NCBI GenBank assembly: GCA_043813605.1
Contig: JBDRKX010000072.1
Location: 1-13,756, forward strand
Direction of reading: 5' to 3'
DNA length: 13,756 nucleotides
Origin: Elusimicrobiota bacterium
GTDB taxonomy: Bacteria; CG03; SLGR01; JBDRKX01
A model generated the notes under the pieces. The model saw only the letters and a list, made by a program, of their open reading frames with translations. It was not told where the DNA came from and did no database searches. Below, piece after piece: positions 7,655-13,756 of this stretch (within the stretch, counting starts at the first letter, position 1; every line of letters begins with the position of its first letter). A program made the position numbers and the translations under genes.

Positions 7655-8322
7655 TAAGGAAACTTGTATATATTATGTTTTTCGCGGTTATCGTACTTTC
7701 GGTAGTATATAAATCCCGCATCCTGGAAGGTAAGGAAAAACAGGAAATAGTCAGCATAACAGAAGAATGGAAAAGATACGGGAAACCTGTTGATATCGCT
7801 TATGCCGTAAGAGGCGACGCGCATTGCCTGGAGAAGATATCCGGCATAATCGGAAGCGGTAATATCATAGACTGCGAGGTGTCTGAAAATATTGCGGCAA
7901 AGCTGCGGCAGGGACAGGAGTTCACAGCATTATTAAAAGGAAAACTTCTTCACGGATATGTCGATAATGTCGGCGGGAACAGGGATATGCTTACCGGGCT
8001 CTACAGTGCAAGACTGAAGATAACTACAACGAACGGGTTCAAGAATGGCAGTATAGTCGTCGCGAAAGTCCGGGTCAATACCCTTAAGAATGTGCTGAAA
8101 ATACCGCAAACTTCTGTTGTACAGGATAATTCGCATAGATATTGCTGGGTAGTCCATGACAATATTGCTGAAAAAAGGGATATCGTGACCGGTGCGGACT
8201 GCGAGGCCTATATCCAGGTCGTATCAGGACTTGAGCTGAAAGAGAAGGTATGTTTGAACGGATTAGCTGAACTGGCCGATAAAGACAGGGTGAGGATCCG
8301 CAATACCGAGGGAGTCGATTGA
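7651..8322 (+). CDS. Short RND periplasmic adaptor (membrane fusion protein)-like subunit
   Basis: N-terminal TM anchor. Beta-barrel motif EVSENIAAKLRQGQ. Membrane-proximal motifs NVLKIPQTSVV and IQVVSGLELKEKVCLNG. It sits between tolC and the RND gene, with an ATGA overlap at the tolC stop. Only 223 aa. Confidence 0.85.
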   Translation: MIRKLVYIMFFAVIVLSVVYKSRILEGKEKQEIVSITEEWKRYGKPVDIAYAVRGDAHCLEKISGIIGSGNIIDCEVSENIAAKLRQGQEFTALLKGKLLHGYVDNVGGNRDMLTGLYSARLKITTTNGFKNGSIVVAKVRVNTLKNVLKIPQTSVVQDNSHRYCWVVHDNIAEKRDIVTGADCEAYIQVVSGLELKEKVCLNGLAELADKDRVRIRNTEGVD

Positions 8323-11300
8323 TGATCAGGATGTTCGTAAAAAGGCCCGCCATGACATTGATGTTCGTCCTGGTATTCGTAGTGATGGGGATCGTCTCTT
8401 TCTCCGATCTGATAATAGAAGAAACGCCCAAGATGAATTTTCCAATGGTTACTGTCATGACGTTTTACAGCGGTGCATCACCCTCGGAGATAGAGACACA
8501 GATCATAAAAAAGCTCGAAGACGCCATAGCCGAGATATCGCAGATAGAGTCCATAGATTCCTATTGTTATGAAAATTACGGTATGATGCTGATCGAGTTC
8601 GAGATGTCGGCAGATGTGAACCTGAAAGCCATTGAGGTCAAGGACAAGATAGAGCCTGTCACGAACGAACTGCCGCGCGATGCCGACAAACCGGTGGTGA
8701 GCAAATTCGATCCCACGGTCGAACCTATTGTCGACCTGATACTTTCCGGCAAAGATATTGATACCCTGAAGCTGTTCGAATACGCGGATAAAAGGCTCAG
8801 GAATCAGATAACCGTCATTGAAGGCGTGGCATCTGTGGATATATATGGAGGCAAAGAAAGACAGATAAACGTCAAGCTGGATAACCAGCTGATGAATAAA
8901 TATTTCACTTCCATTAACGATATTGTCAATACGGTAAGCGACCGGAATATGAACGTGCCCGGCGGGTACATCGAGGGCGGCATAGTCAAGGAGAATGTTA
9001 GATTCCTCGGAGAATTCAAGAAAATATCAGATATAGCTGATATGCCGTTTGTGTCACGCGAAGGCAAAACGCTTAAGATCTCGGATGTAGGAACAGTTGA
9101 AGATTCTTATAAGAAAGTAGAGACCTATACCCGGTACAATGGCAGCGAAGTGGTTGGCCTGTCTGTCAAAAAACTCTCTGACGGCGATGCCGTGAGTATT
9201 GTGAGGGAGGTCCGCGAAGTTCTAAAGAAGATCGAGAGGACTCTTCCTGAAGGCATGAAACTGAGTATCGCATACGATTCTACTACGAGACTGATCAAAG
9301 ACACAAAAAATACTCTTGTTAATATCATTATAGGGATACTGCTCACTGTCGTAATACTGTTCCTTTTTCTCGAGAATCTCAGGGTGACATTTATTGCCGC
9401 CGTTGTTATCCCGACATCTCTTATATCCGCGTTTTTTCCGATGCAGTTTTCGGGTTTTACCATAAATTTCATAACCTTGCTTGCCATAGCCACATCGCTC
9501 GGCACGCTTATAGCCAATGCATTGGTAGTCATAGAGAGCGTGGACCGGGAGCTCTCGAAAGGCAAGAGCCCGCAGGATGCCGCTATAGACGGTACTCAGG
9601 GTGCGATGGTGGCGGTGCTGGCTTCTGCCGGGACAAATCTTGTCGTCTTTACTCCCATCGCGGTAATGGGCGGTCTTGTCGGCCAGTTTATGAGAAGCTT
9701 CGGGCTGACAGTGATATACGCTACAATCTTCTCCATACTTGCATCTTTCAGCCTGACGCCTATGCTGTGCGGGCTTCTTCTGAAGCGCCGGGACCATTCC
9801 GGCGAAAACGGTAAAGGAAGTCTTCTGAGGAAGATTTTCCTGTTCCCGCAGCGGATTCAGAAATGGGCGCTTGATGAATACGGAATTATTTTCCGTAAAA
9901 TTTTACGGCATCCGGGTTTAACCATACTGATCTCGATAATCATATTCATTTCCGCGGGATACCCGCTCAGATATATAGGCAGCGAGTTTATGCCGAAGTC
10001 TGACATGGATGTGATAAACGTTAACATAGAACTGCCGCAGGGCGCCGTTCTGGAGCGTACTGTGTCGGTTGTTGAAGATATGGAAAAAATAGTCTCGGGA
10101 TACCCTGAGGTAAAAGATTATCTGTCTTATATAGGAATAGACGGCGCTGAAAACGGCAAGATAGCAGTTAATCTCATACCGAGCGAAGATAGGGAGCGGT
10201 CAGATGCCGATTTAATAAATGCTATAATACCGCAGGCCGCCCGTATCCCGGGGGCTACTATAACACTTACTCGCGGCGGCGGCCATGGAGGTTTCGGCGG
10301 CGACATATCGATAAACCTTGCAGGCACTGATTACGACAGGATGATTAAGATGTCCGGACAGATGATGGATATCATGATGAAAACGGGAAATTTCAGGAGT
10401 GTGGAATCTTCATATAAATCACCTAAAGACGAGATCCGCTTTATACCTGATGCCGGCAGGATGATAGAGGCCGGAGCTTTTAATGCAGAGGTCGGCGATG
10501 CGATAAGTTTTGCCGTAAAGGGTCATAACCGCAACCTGTTCAAGGAGGAGGGAGAGGAATATAATATTAATTTCGAGCTGGCGGAAGAATATAAAGAAGA
10601 CGTTGAAGATATCAAAAATATATCTGTCATGACAAAAGACGGCCTGCTATCTGTATCAGAGCTTGGAGATATAGTCAAAACAAAAGGATATTCCATGATA
10701 CGCCGGCATGATAAGTCCAGGATAATACAGGTCAACGGCTGGCTCTCAAAATCGACTGCCGGCCAGGTCGAACAGATGTTAAACGGGGAATTCAAGAAAA
10801 TAGAGTTCCCGGAAAATTACAGGTATGATTTTGTGGGTATGCAGAAGAGGATGGCGGAGAGCGCCCGCGAGATCCTTAAGGCGTTTATACTGGCGGTTAT
10901 CTTTACTTATATGCTCTTAGTTTCCATAATGAATTCGTTCAAATACCCGTTTGTCATACTCACAACGGTACTGACATCATTTGTCGGGGTTTTCCTTATC
11001 TTGTTCTTTATGGAATTCCCGATAAATATCGGCGCTATGATGGCTATGGTCATGATAGTCGGCCTTGTTGTGAATAATGCTATTCTTATGCTGGATTATG
11101 CCCTTCACCGGATGGGAAGAGGAGATGATGTTAAAGATGCGCTATGGAAAGGCGCTTCGGTTAAATTCAGGGCTATACTGATGACATCTCTTGCTATCGT
11201 GTTCGGCGCACTGCCCCAGATATTCGATAAATTTGTCGGTAAAGCCTCCATAGGCGCCGTGGTAATAGGCGGTATTCTGGCATCCATCTTTTTCACGTTT

Positions 11301-11354
11301 TTTCTTGTGCCGGCCGTTTTTTATGTAATGACAAAGAAGAAAAAACCTATATAA
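8322..11354 (+). CDS. RND efflux transporter permease subunit (AcrB/AcrD/AcrF family)
   Basis: About 1010 aa with FVKRPAMT, YSGASPSEIETQI, GVASVDIYGGKERQINV, ASFSLTPMLC, EFMPKSD and FRAILMTSLA, in the two-fold TM/periplasmic layout. The ATG at 8322 (TGATG overlap, GAGGGAG SD at 8308-8314) is more likely than the TTG at 8319. Confidence 0.96.
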   Translation: MIRMFVKRPAMTLMFVLVFVVMGIVSFSDLIIEETPKMNFPMVTVMTFYSGASPSEIETQIIKKLEDAIAEISQIESIDSYCYENYGMMLIEFEMSADVNLKAIEVKDKIEPVTNELPRDADKPVVSKFDPTVEPIVDLILSGKDIDTLKLFEYADKRLRNQITVIEGVASVDIYGGKERQINVKLDNQLMNKYFTSINDIVNTVSDRNMNVPGGYIEGGIVKENVRFLGEFKKISDIADMPFVSREGKTLKISDVGTVEDSYKKVETYTRYNGSEVVGLSVKKLSDGDAVSIVREVREVLKKIERTLPEGMKLSIAYDSTTRLIKDTKNTLVNIIIGILLTVVILFLFLENLRVTFIAAVVIPTSLISAFFPMQFSGFTINFITLLAIATSLGTLIANALVVIESVDRELSKGKSPQDAAIDGTQGAMVAVLASAGTNLVVFTPIAVMGGLVGQFMRSFGLTVIYATIFSILASFSLTPMLCGLLLKRRDHSGENGKGSLLRKIFLFPQRIQKWALDEYGIIFRKILRHPGLTILISIIIFISAGYPLRYIGSEFMPKSDMDVINVNIELPQGAVLERTVSVVEDMEKIVSGYPEVKDYLSYIGIDGAENGKIAVNLIPSEDRERSDADLINAIIPQAARIPGATITLTRGGGHGGFGGDISINLAGTDYDRMIKMSGQMMDIMMKTGNFRSVESSYKSPKDEIRFIPDAGRMIEAGAFNAEVGDAISFAVKGHNRNLFKEEGEEYNINFELAEEYKEDVEDIKNISVMTKDGLLSVSELGDIVKTKGYSMIRRHDKSRIIQVNGWLSKSTAGQVEQMLNGEFKKIEFPENYRYDFVGMQKRMAESAREILKAFILAVIFTYMLLVSIMNSFKYPFVILTTVLTSFVGVFLILFFMEFPINIGAMMAMVMIVGLVVNNAILMLDYALHRMGRGDDVKDALWKGASVKFRAILMTSLAIVFGALPQIFDKFVGKASIGAVVIGGILASIFFTFFLVPAVFYVMTKKKKPI

Positions 11355-11408
11355 CAATCCACAGTATTGCGTATCATCTGTAAATTGATATTTAACACAA
11401 TGAAGGCA

Positions 11409-11429
11409 TAGTATAAATATGCTATACTA
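11409..11429 (+). promoter_or_regulatory. Candidate extended -10 promoter, overlapped by a short inverted repeat, upstream of the U32 pair
   Basis: TG-c-TATACT at 11420-11428. Inverted repeat TAGTATA (11409-11415) / TATACTA (11423-11429). No SD before the ATG at 11440. Confidence 0.4.
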
Positions 11430-11439
11430 AAACAGCATC

Positions 11440-12531
11440 ATGATCAAGATACTCGCGCCAATTAATAATCCCTCAGAAACCGAAAGGCTTATAAAAGCGG
11501 GCGCAGATGAATTATACTGCGGTGTTTTTCATGAAAACTGGACAAAAATAATCGGCGCGGTTCCCAATGCAAAAGTGTCCAAATGGGCAAGTCTTAAATC
11601 TTTTAAAGAACTCAGGGAAATAACAGGTATAGCCGGGAAATACAATGTCCCGGTATATTTGTGCCTGAATGCGCATTATACTACTAGACCTGTATTCGAA
11701 CTTGCAAAAAAGGATTATAAGGAGGCAGTGCAAAATAATGTCAGCGGATTTATAGCTGCACATCTGCCGCTGATCAAAGAAATAAAAAAAGAATACGAAA
11801 ACATACCTGTTATATTGAGCACTATGGGAAACTGTTTTAATTCTGATACAGCAGCTTTTTATAGAAAGTACGGGATATCAAGAGTGGTATTCCCTCGGTA
11901 TATGACTATTGAAGAGCTCGGTACTGTTTGCAGCGAAATAAAAAGAAAGGATATTAATATTGAATTGGAGGCATTTATATTGAATTTTGTTTGCAGAAAT
12001 ATAAACGGGCTATGTTTAATGCATGGGCCCTTTGCGCAGTTTTATATGGGACAAGATAGAAGCATTTTGAAAAAAGCATTAAAAAACATATTTTCTATTT
12101 TTCCTAAATCATATAAATATATATTTCCAATAATTAATAAATTTATAATTAAACAAAAAGCAAAATACCCTTGTATGCAGAGGTTTGAAGCGGGATTCTA
12201 TTCCGAAACCGGAGAAGAAGAAATATGCCCTTCATATTTTCTGGGCAATAAGTACTTCAATATTTGTGCCGCATGTGCACTGGCATGTTATGAGGAAATG
12301 GGAATAAACCACGTAAAAATAGTAGGTCGCGGGTATCACCTGAATAGAAAGCTAAAAGATATTAGTTTCATCAAAGAATTAAGAGATGACCTAATCAGCG
12401 GCCGATACGATAACAATGAATTCATGCACAGAGGGCAAGAGTCGTTTTACAGGAATTACGGCTATCGATGCAGGGCCGCGGAATGCCACTACCCTGAATT
12501 GATACGGAGAAAAAATAGCAATAAGAAATGA
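11440..12531 (+). CDS. Peptidase U32 family Fe-S protein (UbiU/TrhP/RlhA superfamily, UbiU-like subunit)
   Basis: U32 motifs KILAP...IKAGADELYCG, VYLCLN, ILSTMGNCFN, GISRVVFPRYMTIEEL, IELEAFI, CRNINGLC (Cx6C, C185/C192), further Cys at 245 and 276/279/283, and HVKIVGRG. Confidence 0.88.
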   Translation: MIKILAPINNPSETERLIKAGADELYCGVFHENWTKIIGAVPNAKVSKWASLKSFKELREITGIAGKYNVPVYLCLNAHYTTRPVFELAKKDYKEAVQNNVSGFIAAHLPLIKEIKKEYENIPVILSTMGNCFNSDTAAFYRKYGISRVVFPRYMTIEELGTVCSEIKRKDINIELEAFILNFVCRNINGLCLMHGPFAQFYMGQDRSILKKALKNIFSIFPKSYKYIFPIINKFIIKQKAKYPCMQRFEAGFYSETGEEEICPSYFLGNKYFNICAACALACYEEMGINHVKIVGRGYHLNRKLKDISFIKELRDDLISGRYDNNEFMHRGQESFYRNYGYRCRAAECHYPELIRRKNSNKK

Positions 12532-13364
12532 GAGATAGATTTCACATTAAAGAGGCGGAAGAGGCGATATATATGCCGGTAATAGATACTACTGTAGATC
12601 TCGTGCATTACCATAGAATATATACGGGAAACGATGTTTGCGAAAGACTTATACAGTCCCCGGCCCAGTTTAAAGAAATATTTGAATACGCTTGCTGTTA
12701 TAATAAAAAAGTTACTTTGCTGACCCCTGTTTGTACTGAATCCGGGTTGGGCAGAATAAAAGCTATTTTTGATATTGCATATAAATCCGGCGTGGAGATT
12801 GAAGCTGCTGTTAATGATATGGGAATAATGAATCTGCTTGCTGAAGGGTATGAAAACATAAAACCCGTTATGGGACGCCTGAATACAATAAGGTTTACGC
12901 TCCCATATCAAAGTCACCATCAATTTCGCTTAAGCAACAGGATCAATCCGAAAAAAAGAAAAAAAATATTAGACACACAGATATTTCATGAAGAATATTA
13001 TGATTTTTTTAAAGAATACGGGATTAACCGCATGGAGATGGATAACCGTGTAAGTGCATGTTTGTATGCGGACCATTTGTTAAAAAACGGAATATATACA
13101 ACGCTATATCTCCCGTATACTTTGATCTCAGTCACAAGACGCTGTTTATTCGCCTCGAGAAAATTAGCTTCATCGGTATTTGCTCTTACAGGCTGCAATA
13201 AAGAATGTATGGGGGCAAAGATATACCTGAAGAACAAGAGCGGTATGACAATCCTGGCCAGAGAAACAGCTTTTTATATACAACAGGATATTAAAGCGGA
13301 AGAGGTATATCCTGAATATCTGAAAAAAATTGACCGGACTGTGATATTTCCTGAGGTATTCTAG
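12528..13364 (+). CDS. Divergent peptidase U32-like protein (UbiV-like partner subunit)
   Basis: Motifs RIYTGNDVCERL (C38), VTLLTP, AVNDMG, and ISVTRRC-x16-CxxxC (C206, C223, C227). This mirrors the one-early-plus-three-late Cys layout of UbiV. ATGA overlap with the upstream U32 gene. Confidence 0.75.
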   Translation: MRDRFHIKEAEEAIYMPVIDTTVDLVHYHRIYTGNDVCERLIQSPAQFKEIFEYACCYNKKVTLLTPVCTESGLGRIKAIFDIAYKSGVEIEAAVNDMGIMNLLAEGYENIKPVMGRLNTIRFTLPYQSHHQFRLSNRINPKKRKKILDTQIFHEEYYDFFKEYGINRMEMDNRVSACLYADHLLKNGIYTTLYLPYTLISVTRRCLFASRKLASSVFALTGCNKECMGAKIYLKNKSGMTILARETAFYIQQDIKAEEVYPEYLKKIDRTVIFPEVF

Positions 13365-13500
13365 GTCAGCATTTCAATCATGATGCCAACTCAATGGTTA
13401 ATGCAATTACAACATAATAATTATAACTTAAAGAAGAGAATATAAGAGAAACACCTGAGATAACGGAGAGATTGAGGGTGCTGAAACAGTATAGAGAAAC

Positions 13501-13756
13501 ATGAAAAAACCCGCTGAGCAAAAATGGTATGTCTATATAGCTGAATGCAGGAATAAGGCATACTATACCGGTATCACTACCGATATAGAAAGAAGGATCT
13601 CCGAACATAATTCCGGGACCGGCTGCCGTTATACCCGGTCTTTTGGTCCGGTTGTGCTCCTATGGAAGGAAAAACAACCTGACAGGGCGTCTGCTTTAAA
13701 GAAAGAAGCTCTGATAAAAAGCTGGGCCCGCAATAAAAAGGGGAAAGTGATAAAGG
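13501..13756 (+). CDS. GIY-YIG nuclease, UPF0213 (YazA/YhbQ-like); partial at the 3' edge
   Basis: Not in the ORF track because it has no stop in the window. Manual translation: MKKPAEQKWYVYIAECRNKAYYTGITTDIERRISEHNSGTGCRYTRSFGPVVLLWKEKQPDRASALKKEALIKSWARNKK. It contains YVY, YTG, RRxxEHN and ALxxE. Confidence 0.92.
   Translation, partial: MKKPAEQKWYVYIAECRNKAYYTGITTDIERRISEHNSGTGCRYTRSFGPVVLLWKEKQPDRASALKKEALIKSWARNKKGKVIK

Noticed and set aside
11440..13364. Naming the U32 genes ubiU/ubiV or collagenase
   Set aside because: The Cys spacing is divergent and there is no ubi context, so orthology cannot be shown by eye. Nothing in the sequence supports protease activity.
13380..13445. 21-codon ORF MMPTQWLMQLQHNNYNLKKRI after the U32 pair, considered as a RiPP precursor
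   Set aside because: It has no SD and no leader/core features, and an ORF this short is expected by chance.
13366..13484. Imperfect inverted repeat TCAGCATTTCAAT ... ATTGAGGGTGCTGA bracketing the intergenic region
   Set aside because: It needs a gap and mismatches and has no target duplication, so it is too weak to call a MITE.
125..13608. Numerous short antisense or nested ORFs in the track (e.g. 2493-2933, 3268-3774, 9222-9797, 12489-12923, 13378-13608)
   Set aside because: They lie opposite well-supported genes, have no motifs, and show typical shadow-ORF composition.
1..13756. CRISPR arrays, tRNA/rRNA genes, long direct repeats
   Set aside because: None were seen. Intergenic gaps are short (at most about 225 nt) and show no repeat-spacer or cloverleaf pattern.

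Overview
This is a bacterial window from a probable diderm (it carries a TolC homologue). In order it holds: (1) the probable right end of an IS5-family element; (2) a small CPCC-motif hypothetical protein; (3) a minus-strand malonyl-CoA decarboxylase; (4) divergent from it, a TPR-repeat/class I SAM methyltransferase fusion; (5) an unusual protein with tandem DUF736-like repeats, one transmembrane helix and a staphylococcal-nuclease domain; (6) a TetR-TolC-adaptor-RND operon with a clear sigma70 promoter and a perfect 28-bp operator palindrome resembling a FadR/YsiA box; (7) an overlapping pair of peptidase-U32-family Fe-S proteins with UbiU-like and UbiV-like cysteine patterns but no ubi genes nearby; (8) a GIY-YIG nuclease cut off by the window edge. 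The best candidates for undescribed biology are three: the UbiUV-like pair (a possible O2-independent hydroxylase of unknown substrate), the DUF736-TM-nuclease fusion, and a non-canonical RND pump whose transporter lacks the TM4 Asp pair and TM10 Lys and whose adaptor seems to lack the hairpin and lipoyl domains. All calls come from motifs recognised by eye; no searches were run.
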